DNA of 62,847 nucleotides, filler included, from Sphacelaria rigidula (Eukaryota): NCBI GenBank assembly GCA_964200075.2. It is 7 parts of 7 records of this genome, joined end to end, with 100 filler letters (N's around TTAATTAATTAA, not from the genome) between each part and the next. Parts side by side here need not be neighbours in the genome. Positions count along the whole stretch, not along the records: positions 8,994 to 17,886 come from CAXNAA020009819.1; positions 17,987 to 26,879 come from CAXNAA020009820.1; 5 more parts are not named here. One strand, 5' to 3'. Shown here piece by piece: positions 12,520 to 25,095 of this stretch. The position numbers and the translations under genes were made by a program. The notes under the pieces are model-generated. The model was not told the DNA's origin, searched no databases, and saw only the letters and a list, made by a program, of their open reading frames with translations. The first letter of the stretch is position 1. Every line of letters begins with the position of its first letter.

Positions 12520-15500
12520 ATATGGCGTAACCACAGGAACTAATTCTCCCCTCGGCCCTTCCTCCTTACAAATCTTTACGCCGTCAGCGTTTCCTTTCAT
12601 CATTCCTTCAAAACCATTTACTCTTACTTCTCCGGTACGTGAAGAAGCAAAATCCGACAGAGCTTCGGCCCTCCACTCTGGCGACCATACGGCTGAAGAC
12701 TTGGCTGCTATTGGTGGCCACGACCGCCATTTGTCCAAGATTTCCAACATGATCGCCGAGGCGCTACGTGCTCGCTGTGTTGCGAAACGCACACCGTTCA
12801 AGACGCCCGACATGATCGCCGAGTCGCTACGCGTTCGCTCTGTCGCGGACCGTCCACTGTTCAAGACTTCCAACATGATCGCCGAGTCGCTACGCGCTCG
12901 CTCTGTTGTGAAACGCACACCGTCTCGGAGTTCCAACATATCTGCCGAGTCGCCACGCATTTCCACTGCTGTGCAACGCAAACCGCTCCAGGCTTCCGCC
13001 GTGGTTATCGACTCACTCCGCCCTCGCGGTGGTGACGAACGGCATCCGTCCATGCCTTCCGACGTTTTCCGTACGTCGCACAAGGGTTCCGATGCCTTAC
13101 AGCGCCCGCGACGACACGACATGTATCGTGAGGACACTTCTGTTCACCAGCCCTCGCGCCGAACATCCTCCTCGCGTCTTGGCCGCTCAGAAGAGCCTTC
13201 GACAGGGCACCTGCCTTGGGTCACGGCTCCTGAGCACTTGCTCCGTTCATCACCCGCTGTCATTTCTGACGGTCCGGCGACAACTCCCCTTTCACAAGCG
13301 CTTGTGGTCGCGTTTCACACAGCCGTTCAACATTCAACGTCCTCAGATCATGTTCACGTTGACAGTAGTGTGAACAATCAGGCCTCTGTATCAGCGAATG
13401 CAGACCATGATGACGAACGTTCGACCTCAGATGTTCTCTTTGATTCGGATATGCATGGTGACGACACTGTCCACTATGGTGACCGTACCACTCATGTTCA
13501 TGACGTACGTGCATTGCTTTCAGGATAATCATCGACCTCGGGATCCTCATGACCCAAATCTGTCGATCAGAACCGCGTGAGTTCACGGCTGCGCACGACT
13601 GCTTCGTTGACTGACATCCACGCACCCTTACGCGATGGACACAACACTCACCGTTCCCTTCCACCCCATCCTGATGCTGCCACTGTGCGTGCGGTGGAAC
13701 GACAAATCGCAGATCTCCGTCGATACCTGCGATCTGCTTCCATCATGGCTGACGCCCCGGCACCTTCGACTACTGCTCCCATCCTAATCCCTACACCTAC
13801 TGCGGCTGCAGACATCGATACGGATGCAGAAAGCACCCGTGTCACGCCCTCAGCCCCCCGCGCGGCGACAACTGCGGCTCCCGCCACGGCGGATGAGGGT
13901 GACACCCCTGTCACGGCCGCTCCGGCGGGATCGGACCCTTCGCCGCAAGATACTCCTGCCACGAGTTCGGCTCCGGCGCCTGCACCAGATGATTTCACGG
14001 ACGACCGCCCCCTGTTGGGCGTCGAGCATTGCCCGCCGGGCCTTCTACCCCGGCTCTGGTTGCGTGGTCCCCGCTCAGACCAGGAGCAAATACTTGCTGA
14101 ATACCAGGCATTTCAACCGGCCACGCCCCCTGCGCCGCCCTCATCCTGCCAATTGGCGGAGGCCGCTTCTCCTACAATCCTTCATGACGACCTCACGGCA
14201 AGTCTAACGCGCCAACGCCAGGCAGTCGACTCGGCGACCAGCCGCCAGCGGGCGGCTCAACAGACTTTGATTGAACGCCTCGCAGCGCTCGACAAAATGC
14301 GCGACTCCGTTCGGCGCGATGAACACCGTTTGCGTCAATGTACAACGGCCACGGAGACTGCCACCACGGCTCTACGCTCTCTAGAACAGGAGCAACACCT
14401 TCCTCTTCTGAGGACCACGCCGAGCGAACCAGTGCCTGCACCTTTTGCCGACATTTCCGGTTCGGCGGAAGCACGCCAGCCCTCGCGCCCACATGCTCCT
14501 GCTGCGGCTCCTACCGCCTGCCATTCGTGGCACGGAGTGTTCATCTGAGTCTCCGCAGACCTTGCGTACCGCATCCACGAGTACCTCCGGGTCTCGTGGA
14601 CGCACTCACACTTTGTCCAGTAATACTTGGACACCAATTCTGTCGGTGGATCGGTCATGTCTGTTCATAGCAAAAAGCCCGTTCCGAGCAAGCTTCGACG
14701 CTTGGCCTTCTTTGGCAAAAACCTTTGATGACGTTTACGTACGTCGTTTCCACAACTGCTTTCATCACGGATGACCCACATTTGTGGACCCCCATGCTTT
14801 CGCCTTCACCTCGCAAGGATACGTTTCGTCGCCATGCTAACACATGCATCAACTGCAATGGTACTGGCCACAGTATGCGTGACTGCCCTGAACCTTGCAT
14901 CAATGCCTTTTCGCTCATGAACCCTGAACTTCAGAGCAATGGGCCGGCGTGGCGTCGATGGCAAAAACGCATGCGCGAGTATCGTACACCGTCTCACCAC
15001 CATCGCCAGCCTTCCCACAATCATAGCGACTCTCGCTAACATCGCGACCGCCACCACATCACCAACACCATCTCAGGTACTCGCCAGAGAGAGATAGTTC
15101 TTTCGACCCTTCTCAGTTTTTGCATGGTCATCACCAGCGAACGGGACCGACTCACGACAACTCAAACCCCAGTGCCAGAAACCCTGGCTCTTGCGTGACG
15201 GATCGCAACGACCCATGACACGCCGACGACGGCGTGAAGTCTTCGGCGCCGTCGATAGCAGAATCGAAGACTCATCCAACACCCACCGCCGCTTGGGTGA
15301 CAAAACGTTCTCACCCGAACTTTTCCACACTATGTAGGAGATCTAATGACGGCCGTTCTTCTCGACCCCCGTGCTATCTTCATACACACAGCGTAACCGT
15401 TGTGTTGACTCACCACCCAGCTCTATGCTTGGCTCCAGACGTGGTCCTCCGGAACTAATATAAATCTGAGGTGTGGGAGGACCGACCGCGGAACTTGAGG

Positions 15501-17780
15501 CACAGGCTTCCCTCAACGAGCGCACGCACAGGTTGTAGCAGACTTCCTTCGACTGGTTCTGGTGTTGACGGCTCGAAACTGACAACTTCAAATCCTTCGA
15601 CTCCTACCCAGCCTGATCGCAGTCGATCTTCGCGTCACCCTTCTGCCACGAAACTACCCTGACATACTGCGGACAACACTCGTCCCCTCTCACATTTAGC
15701 AGCGCCCTTTCTACCGAGCTTGCCAGCGGACAATCCAAGAGTTTCGGCCAAGCATGCCCCGATGCTGACAACATCACCTCAACTGGACGCAGTTGCGGTT
15801 TCCCAAGAGTTTTTGGAAGTTCCCAGCCATTTGTCACGGCACGAAAGAAAGCCTCGTCGTCATGCTCCCAAGGTCGCGCGAGCATTAACACGCCCCCCTC
15901 CCGTCAGCGGAAAATTCCGACCTCATTCCCCCCCAAAAGCGGCGACTTTGAGCTCGACGACATTGCCAGGCATCCAAGAGGGATCCGAGTCGAACCTTTC
16001 AGACGGTACCGCATCCTCCCCTGATGGCCCCAGTGGCACTTCGCATCAATATATTTTTAATGATGACCCTTGTACTTCCAAACCAGTCATCTACGAGATT
16101 GATCAAAATCCTGATTCACGTTGCCCTTCACGATCGGATCAGACCCCCGCGCTGTCTACCGATACCTTTGAACCCCCCGCGGATCACCCGCCATCCGTTT
16201 TCACAGTCAGTCCGACTGATCCTGATCAATTTACGTCATCTGAACATGGCCCTGACCTCGTCGATGGTAAAGTATCCATCGATCCTGCCACCTTCACTAC
16301 CCGCGTAGCATTACACTGCGGTCCTTCCGCCACCACGCGCGCCAAGTGCGTCTCGTTGCTAGACAGCGGTAGTCCACAGACATTCATTAAAGAATCCATT
16401 TGGAATCATATGAAGCACACTAGCGCTGCTTCCGATGTTTGCGAAATCACTACCCAACCTCGCGTTTGGGGTGGTTTCGGCGACTCCAAAACACCCTTGA
16501 CGACACAGAAATCTGTTCGTCTTAGTGTGCAATTTTTCCACAATGATACACGTTCGGCTAGTCTCGCAGTCTGAGCTTACATTGTCCCTGACAGCACCAT
16601 GCATCATACTCTCCTTCTTGGCAGAGATAGCTACATGCGGTTCGACCAACGTACGTACCGCACCCTCCCACCATTATCGCCTCAGTCGGCGCCTCGTGAA
16701 GAACTTCAACTAGAACACTTTGGTACTCTCAGTGGCGCCTTAGCCTACAAAGAGAATGAGCAGGCTACCGGAGCGACCTACCATCTCCGGTACAATGGCA
16801 GTTCTGGCGTCACCCTTTCCGACGAGCCTCAACTCTTGAAAGTTTTGCTTGTTCGCCGCAACGGTATGCCTGCCCTCACCGGCCACTACCTTGCGACATT
16901 TCTGCCTAAAGTTGGTGCGCCCGCTGGCACTGAGCATTTTGTCTCCGACGGCGAACAACTCCTGCCTCTCACAGACCACGCTAATCTGGAACCTGGTGAT
17001 GTCTTGGGCATCGCCGCGGCTCCTCTTATGCACATTCCTCTGGATACCTGTGTAGCCGACCCTCCGGCGCCTGATCCCACGCCGCCGACTGATGGTGTTG
17101 TTCACTGCGTTGATGAGCCATACTTCGATCTATTCTCCTCACCCTCGACTCGGATTTCTGCGGTGGAATCCGACCGACCACCTGCTGAACCTCCTGATGA
17201 AGTGCTTCAACGCTTATCGGTCAAGTATCGGAAACATTTCCCACAAATGTGGCACCAACTTCCACCTCATTTGCATTATATCCATTTTGACCTACATGGT
17301 CCGGGCTGGGAGCCCGCCGTCATCCAAGAGCTACAAGATGTTCTCCTGGAATATCAGGGAAGATTTTCCCGATCCAAGACGGATCTCGGGCATTGTCAAA
17401 AATTGCCATTCGAGATCACTCTGCAACCTGGCGTTTCGCCAATCTCATCTCGACCATAGCGAACGAATCCCCTCCTCACCAAAAAACTCAATGCTATTTT
17501 GGATGAATACTTGGGAGCTGGTCTGATTCAACACTCGTCTACGCCATGGGCCTCACCCCTCGTGGTCATCCCGGAAAAAGATGGCAACATACGCATCATC
17601 GTGACCTACAAACGGCTGAACCGCGTCTCTGTCGTGGGAAAACTCCTGATACCACGCTTCGACGAAGTCTTCGACTCTCTCGGCGAAGGAAAAATATTCA
17701 TCACTTTCGATCTGGCCTCTGGTTTTTTCAAAAATGCAATTCACCCCGATACAGTTTCGTTGACGGCGTTCTGTACATCT
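12520..17780 (+). mobile_element. Decayed Ty3/Gypsy LTR retrotransposon (gag, protease, RT N-terminus), 3' part missing
   Basis: Zinc knuckle CINCNGTGHSMRDC (14845-14886), aspartic protease LLDSGSPQTFI (~16356), and RT PWASPLVVIPEKDGNIRIIVTYKRLN and FITFDLASGFF. Protease is followed by RT with no integrase between them. In-frame stops at 13528, 14548, 16574 and 17459. Confidence 0.93.
12737..13030 (+). repeat. 63-bp (21-aa) coding tandem repeat, 4-5 copies, at the gag N-terminus
   Basis: KISNMIAEALRARCVAKRTPF / KTPDMIAESLRVRSVADRPLF / KTSNMIAESLRARSVVKRTPS / RSSNISAESPRISTAVQRKPL. Confidence 0.9.
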
Positions 17781-17886
17781 GATTGCTGCCGAGATAGCCC
17801 CCCTCCCAAACCGGCCAAAAACGTGCACGGAGGCGATGATCATAACTGCCGTTAAAGCTGGTTTCGTGATGCACGACGCGACTGAT

Positions 17887-17986
17887 NNNNNNNNNNNNNN
17901 NNNNNNNNNNNNNNNNNNNNNNNNNNNNNNTTAATTAATTAANNNNNNNNNNNNNNNNNNNNNNNNNNNNNNNNNNNNNNNNNNNN
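17887..17986. other. Artificial contig linker
   Basis: N44-TTAATTAATTAA-N44. Confidence 0.98.
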
Positions 17987-18062
17987 GGGGGGGGGGCGTT
18001 CTCATGTGTTGCTTGCCTTAGTCGTCTGACCATTGACCACGCATCCCTTTCGAGACGGAGCG
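17987..18062. mobile_element. G-tract-anchored short repeat, type B
   Basis: G-run followed by CGTTCTCATGTGTTGCTTGCCTTAGTCGTCTGACCATTGACCACGCATCCCTTTCGAGACGGAGC. Matches 25030-25093 and 49370-49411. Confidence 0.8.
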
Positions 18063-19086
18063 TAACCCTGACATGGAAATTGACACTGGTTCCAGGATAA
18101 CCCCCCTACGGCGATTCGCGCATGAAAGGGTGCGAATGTATTAAAAAAACAGAGTCAACATCGCCAAACCGTGGCGCGGGAGAGATTGATGGAGTTATAG
18201 ACGGCATAGGTGATGAAGCACCCTCCCCCTGATTTCCCCTCCCGACAAAAGGACAGGTTCGCAATCCCGAGTTCTGTATTAGCTCGCCGAGCGCCTGCCT
18301 GTCTTCGGGTACATCATGCAGCGTTATTGCGCCGCGGAACGACTGGCATCGAAGTGAGATCGATGAGTGAAGCGGATACACAGGAGGAGCGGTGTCCATC
18401 GCGGCTGTAGAATGATTGACGGACGGGGGCTATTCAGTCCGCCCCAAAAGTATCGTGTACAAACATTTTGTTCCATTCCTGTTCATGGTGCTGCCGCCGT
18501 TATCAAATGCCCTATTCCATCAGAGCGCGACGAAGACTGTCGCCCAACACCGGCATCAACACCACAAGGAGCGGGTCACGATTCAGAAGGTACGTTTGCC
18601 CTCGAAGTGTTCTTTATACACTTCGGTTCTCGTCACGATGGTTCTCTAAAAAAATGCAGTTTATGTCGTGCGTTGCAATCTGACGCACTATTGATTCGAT
18701 ACCACTACGTGATAGCTGAGTGAATCAGTTGCAAGTCTCCCTTACCGAGGAGCCGGTGTTCTATGCAGCGGTCGTCTCGACTCCGGCCGGGGTTGGAAGA
18801 TCATTCGTGGGGTTCGGGCCGAAATGTGGATCCATATTTCAAGTGTACTTTGCGCGACATTCTGATAGACGCGAGAACACTATATCCCATACACTAGCAC
18901 CACGGATGGCACGAGTTGCTCATGATCCCGACAACGCAGCTATCTACCGTAGCATCTGACAGATTTGAACGACCAGCCGGAACAGTACTTAGGAGTCCGT
19001 TTGTAATGCTGCACGAGTGAGGCGCCATGTTTGTGTAGTATGATTTTATATTTGTACACAATCGCATCGGCGGAATCTTGAGGACA

Positions 19087-19220
19087 GGGGGGGGTACTCA
19101 TGATCTTGCATACCATAGTCATATGACCATTGACCCCTCATCCGTACAAAGACAGAAGGGAGTACGCCGGGTTTACGCCTGACCAGGCTCGCAATCAATC
19201 ACCAAGCGCGAAGCGCCGTG
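19087..19220. mobile_element. G-tract-anchored short repeat, type A, near full length (~130 bp)
   Basis: G8 followed by TACTCATGATCTTGCATACCATAGTCATATGACCATTGACC...GACCAGGCTCGCAATCAATCACC...GAAGCGCCGT. Confidence 0.82.
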
Positions 19221-19988
19221 ATGTGTTCGGCGAGTCGCATAAAGAGTGAGCTGCATCCTGCTAAGATCGTTCGACCCGAAGCGTACTGATTATCTTACAT
19301 GTGGATGACAGCCTACAATGAGTTGCTTCATTTCTTCGTATCGCCACTTCCAGAGACAGTCATGGGTTCCACACTGCCTCCTGGGTGTCTCACCATTCAA
19401 ACATCACGTAGTGCAATCATTTCCTTTGCACGGAGTCTCCCACCCCGCACAGCATGATCTAGCTCGACCACAATCATAGTTATCGCAAAAATAACTGAGG
19501 CGCAAAAATAATCGGCAATCTGGTTGCCTAGCTTGCGTAGCGAGTGGCGTGTTTTTCAGCGTCGTTGCCACCCGACGCCAACCGCAGGGGGACTCAAGTG
19601 AAGGGGCGGGCGGTACTATCCAGGATAGGATTTCATGCGTGTGAAGACCATGAGGATCTTTCGATCTTATTTCAGTAACGTGCTCAGGCGTCAGTGCTAA
19701 CGCCTGAGCAAAGTAACAATCAATCGCATTTTTTTGTCCATCCCTGAGCAAGGGTAATGCGATCGCTTAGTCGCAGTACCATGTATACTGATTATCGGAT
19801 AGGCACTCAGCCCTGAGCACTCAATACGTGTTTTTTCACCTCCGTTCTCGGTACTGAAGATCGCTCTAGCTGACCTCGAAACACGGAAGGGCTCGAAGTC
19901 GGTGTCCCCCTCCTTCAGATAAGTCAAATCCTTATGAAAACTCCTTGTTCGTCGGCGGATGAGACAAATCTGGTACAACTTGGTACAG

Positions 19989-22900
19989 GTGAACGAGCTT
20001 GCGAAACTAGCTCGGGACATCGAGAGGTATACCAAGCATGGTCGCCGGGTGCCGATATCCGTGTGGGAAAGTTACGACCGCATCAACAAGCGGCATAAGA
20101 AGCACGAAGAAATAACAGCTCTTTCGGCCGAGATGATGCGTAAAGCGGGGCGATCAGGAGCTCCATCCGGGAATTTCAGCGATCTAGATGAAAGCGATCC
20201 GAAGCGGCCTCACGCGATCAAACGTCCGCCAAATCGCACTTTCGGTCTCAACAGGGTGGGTTCCGGCTGCACCTTTGGCAGCGGGCGCGATGAAAAGGAT
20301 CCACATAGTAGTGGGGCACGTATCTTGGGGCATTCTTCATCGCCGGTGATACCGACAACCCGATCGTCATCATCGAAGCCCTCTTGGGGTTGGTATGAGC
20401 GAGAAAAGCTCAACGAGTTGTGTGAGTATACAAAGCAAGAAAAGATGGGGTGGGAAGGCGGAGTGACGCGCTTTCTGTTATTGCCCGTGTTTTTCTCATG
20501 CGTATCATCGCACGTTGTCGTGAATACCGGTAGCTCATGTCTTCATCTGGTTGACGCAGAAAAAGTCAATGACAGGATATACCCAGCAGAAAGAGTAGTA
20601 AGTGGAAACTCACGCGCAGATATGCGATATTCGACTTTTCGATTGCCCTCCAGCTGGTCTTCATTTGTCGCGATCATGCATGCAACATCACCGCCCTAGC
20701 TCGAAACATCCGTATGAACTCACACTCATCTCAATTCTTGACCACAACAACCCAATATAGCAGGCAGTGCTTCCACGCCGGTGTACATTAAATGCGGTGG
20801 GACGAATATCCTGTTCCTTTACCCTTGTATTCCTGTGCACGAAACTTTGTGAAAAATATTTCGCGGAACATTATTCTGCAACATAACTCCAGTAGACTTG
20901 AGAATGTGAAGCTAAGGTCGACCTAAATACGGCACAGCCCTCGAAAACATTCCGGTTTCACGATTTTTATCTCGAGGGGTTTTGCGTCTCTTTGATCGCA
21001 AACAGGTGGATAACTATAGCTGACATCGCTTATCAAGTGAACATAAAGCCAATTCGACAGGCGGACACATCGGAGCTCTTCAACAGTTGTTGAGGATCTG
21101 CCATCAACATAGATGTCGTATTTTCCTCCTGCTAGCTTCTTTCGTTTCTTGCCTAGCAGCGGGATACGGGGTAGGTGAGAGCGCAGGAGAAACGAACTAG
21201 AGCACAACTCACAGTCGTCTCCTGGGGGCATGACGAGTTCAATGTGGAGCTTATACGAGAAGTTCGTGAATCATATGTGTGATAGAGTCGATTTGTCGAA
21301 GTTTACAACGAGGTGGCCTTGAACATATGGTTTTGGCACCGCGCAGTAGTACAAAAGAACAAGAACCAAGACAATTCAGAACCAGATAAACATTGCATCG
21401 TAGTCGCAGCGGCCGTATCCTTCCTTTCGCACGTATGGAACGAATCCTGCAGATGATGAGCAGCGGGTAGGCAGTTTTGTTCTCGATACATTGTCGGAGT
21501 ACAAGTCTTTTACTCTAGGACAACGGCCACTGTCGACGTAGCTCGCTTTAAAAAGTAGTGGAAGATCTGCACGAAGTGACGTGGGAGTAAGCCATCATAG
21601 ATCATTGATCGAAAATCCGTGAGGAGATAAAGAGCAAAGAGCGTCGAAATCGAACAATGGTGCCGAGCACAGCGCCAGACGCCAACTATAAGCGTGATGC
21701 CATCGATAATCGACCCCTCAGAACGGACTTGCTTTCAAACTTTGTGATGCAAGCTACTCGTCTTGACGAAAAAATGGTACCATGGTTATGTACAGGTACA
21801 ATCATATGTCACAGGTCCAGGGTAAACACAACAATATGGTTCGTTTTCACGCCCTACTACATGTGATTGTTCGAAGTAGAGGTTGAAGATTGTGTACTAC
21901 AACCCATAGCACTATAACCCTCCCCCGGGGCAATCTTCAGCCGATTTAGGGCTTGTACTGTAGCGGGTATCCGGTGTTTACATCAGATAAGGGTTTCCAC
22001 GTATAACTACTAGTGTAGTTATTTTTTTATGCTGCTCCCCTTTCCCCGCCCCCCGCTCCCCATCGAGTAAGTGCAAAGGCTATCATCGAGGGAATATCTG
22101 ATGACATCAGAATTGCCGGCCAAATTTCGAGTGTACTTCATCCGATCGCCTTTCACATGGTGTGTGACGGGGTTGATTGTCCGTGTCGATTGATTGGTTG
22201 GAGGACATTGACCGGTAAGCTATGAATTTCGCTGTGGTTTGTCACAGAATAGATGTGCTCGAGGTTGATACACGGGAACACCTGTTATCCACGAAACTCG
22301 ATATAAGTGAGGTACATGATGAAGAAAAAGTAGAAGGGCATCGAATAAATTGCTATATCCAACGCTGTAGCTTATATTCTCCACATTGCTCTTAGATTGG
22401 GAGCTGGGGAGGCCTGCACTACGAGGTGTTGCAGCCGCGCGCGAGCACTTTCACCGGTATACGCAGCGGCACTGCATGGTGTTTCCTCATCGTTCGCCCG
22501 CAGCGGTCGTGAACAGGCTCAAGTCAATGTTTCGGTACAACGCGATGAAGGTGAGCAGTCGGCAGAAAAGAAAACAAACAAACAGATCAAGTCCGTGTTT
22601 GCGGAGGATGCGCGTATGTGCGATTGCGTTGTTATTTGGGCTTTCTACCAACAATCATGTAATTGCGTTCATTTCGCACAAATATTGGTGAAACCGACCT
22701 CCTCTTTGCTTTTTCATGACACAGCGACCACCGTTTTGGTACTCTTCTTGTCTTTCATCCCAGACGAAAAACCAATGATGCTAAATATCTATAACTGGCC
22801 GTTCCACTGACGATCAACATCAACGGTAAAAAGTAGTTCGGTGTGCAGATCTTCACACTAAACAATCAATCACAAAGTATCCGTATACCTCGTCTCGATC

Positions 22901-24655
22901 TAACCCGGCATTATGCATATATATGTACTATACACACACGAGCCGTGTTTATTCAAGACAAAAATAGCAGGGGTACACTAGTAGTACCGCACGATACATG
23001 CAGGCTGGCGATGATTTCCTTCTTGTCCCGAAGCAGATGTTCTTATTACTCTTGACCCTCCGCCCGCTAGGGTGGGTCACTTTGGGAGTGATGCTACGGT
23101 AGGGGTACACAAATATTTTCTGAGGCTAGACTTGTTAGGAGCCCTTTGCCTAATCCAAAACACGACTCATGAAAATATGCGAAAGTACGCCAGGATTACT
23201 ATTCAAATGTGCTGGGGATATCCCGAATTAATCTCCAAACGGGGATGCCCGGACCCATATTCTTGTGCGTCTAAAATCGTTAGGAGCCCCTGAACCAGAC
23301 AAAATTTCGCGAAAAAAGTGCACCCCTACCGTAGCATTGCTCTTGGTTACAAGTCATTATTCAAGTGAACTCAAGATGATGCCCACTCAACCAAAGACCT
23401 CTCCTGGTGGTCAAGGCGGCAACTTCTGCTGTCCTCTTGCTTTTATTGATTTTAGGAACCGAACGAGCGGGAGCACTGGCTTAACTTCGGCGCCTCCAAA
23501 GGCTTCGTCCCGGTTTCTACCCCTGCGGCGACAAGAGACATCGCAGGTTGTTCTCAAGCGGAGCTCCTACCACACGACAATCGAGCGGCAGTCACACTTG
23601 GCACAAAGACCCAGCCGAAGCAAGGAACGATATGCAATACGACTACACAGCGTAGTGAATCAGAACAGCAGAGAGAGAAGATGATGACAACCACTACCCC
23701 GATGTTCGACGAGAAGAGTTCACCCGAGGCCATTTCACCAGCAGCACCGTCACGGCAAGAGAGGCAGGAAGACAAAGCCTTGTTTCGGCGATCAGGTGGA
23801 GGAAAGAATCCAGACTTCGTCGACGGGAGAGAAGACGGAGGAGGGAGGTGTGGCGAACTTTTGTCGCCGGAGGCAGCCGCGTACGCTGCCGATGCCATCG
23901 TAGCCTCGTCTCGAAACAACAACGGCATCAGCAACCGCAGCAGCAGCAGCAAACGGCCGAAAATGACAATGATGACGCCCGAGATCAACAACTCACCGTT
24001 CCACGACCCAATTCTCCCCAAATCGCCTGCTTGGGGTTTCGGTGAAGCTCTGGGTCACTGCTTATCGGATCCAGGGTCATCACGAGGGAACAGCCGCGGA
24101 AGCGGCGGTGGGAGGCGTGGCTCATCTCGGAGAGGCTGTCGAGGTCGTGAGGGTGGTGAAGCCCCGCCGGTCGAACGGTCGTTCGGGAACAACGACGACG
24201 GCGAGGAGGGTGATGGCGATGACAGCCAGAGAGCCGAAGAAATAGAGTTGATGGATTACACGTCGATCGGCCGGCAAATCGTTTCCAACCGCGCGACTTC
24301 CCCGGCGCACGCGTTTTCGAGGGACGGATTGGGCAACGAAAATCTGAGCATGTTCAAGACCGACAAGAGACCGGAGCCAGGGCCCGGCAGTTTCGAGCCA
24401 AACCTTTCAGCCACAAGCACGCACGCAGGTCCGCCCTGTGGCGTAGCGATGAGAAGGTCAGGCGGATCGACGGGGGACAGCGACGGTCTCGGAGTAGCTG
24501 GTGGGGGTAAGGGCGGTGGTTTCGGAGGTGAAAAGGGGAATGGAATGCCCGGGCCGGGGCAGTATCGGCTGTGGGATGCGATCGGGAGGCAGATATTGTC
24601 CACCAGGCCGTCATCTCCGGGCGTGGTTTTCGCCACTGGGGACTGGGAGTTGTGA
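19989..24655 (+). CDS. PGP/SHIPPO-motif (ODF3/STPG-like) protein, probably flagellar; multi-exon, 5' partial
   Basis: Phase-compatible exons 19989-20388 (donor tentative), 22396-22550 and terminal 23456-24655, with the join NAMK|EPNEREHW. A possible upstream exon lies at 18210-18353. The C-terminus has PGPGSF and PGPGQY plus two (S/A)IGRQIxSxRxxSPxxxF motifs. Confidence 0.7.
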
Positions 24656-24884
24656 TGACTCAGAATTGGTCCACACAGTGAGAAGGCGGTTGTTCTCGTG
24701 AGAGTTGGAGCGCACGATAATTTCAATTTTCGTGTGGGGGCCAGAGTGGTGTCAGATCAGCACCAACGAATTCCGAATTCCCGAAGAGCTTACGCCCTCG
24801 AAGATCTTACACGCGGGCGACCAAGGGTATACATACGAAATATGTTATTGCTACACCTTTGTACCCACTTTCTTACCTTTGACC

Positions 24885-25095
24885 TATCAGGGGGAGAGGG
24901 GGGGGGTGTACTCATGATCATGCATGGCATAGTCATATGACCATAGACCTCGCATCCCTACAAAGCCGGGTTGGAGCACGCCGGGTTTTCGCCGGACCAG
25001 GCTCGTATCAGGGGGAGGGGGGGGGGGGGGTACTCATTTGTTGCTTGCCTCAGTCGTTTGACCATCGACCATGCATACCCCTTTCGAGACGGAAC
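24885..25095. mobile_element. Nested G-tract-anchored repeats: type A inserted in the G-run of a type B copy
   Basis: TATCAGGGGGAG is duplicated at 24885-24896 and 25006-25017, flanking a truncated type A copy. Type B follows. Confidence 0.8.

Noticed and set aside
11502-12520. 5' LTR and primer-binding site of the Gypsy element
   Set aside because: There is no second LTR in the contig for comparison and no convincing PBS, so the boundaries cannot be set.
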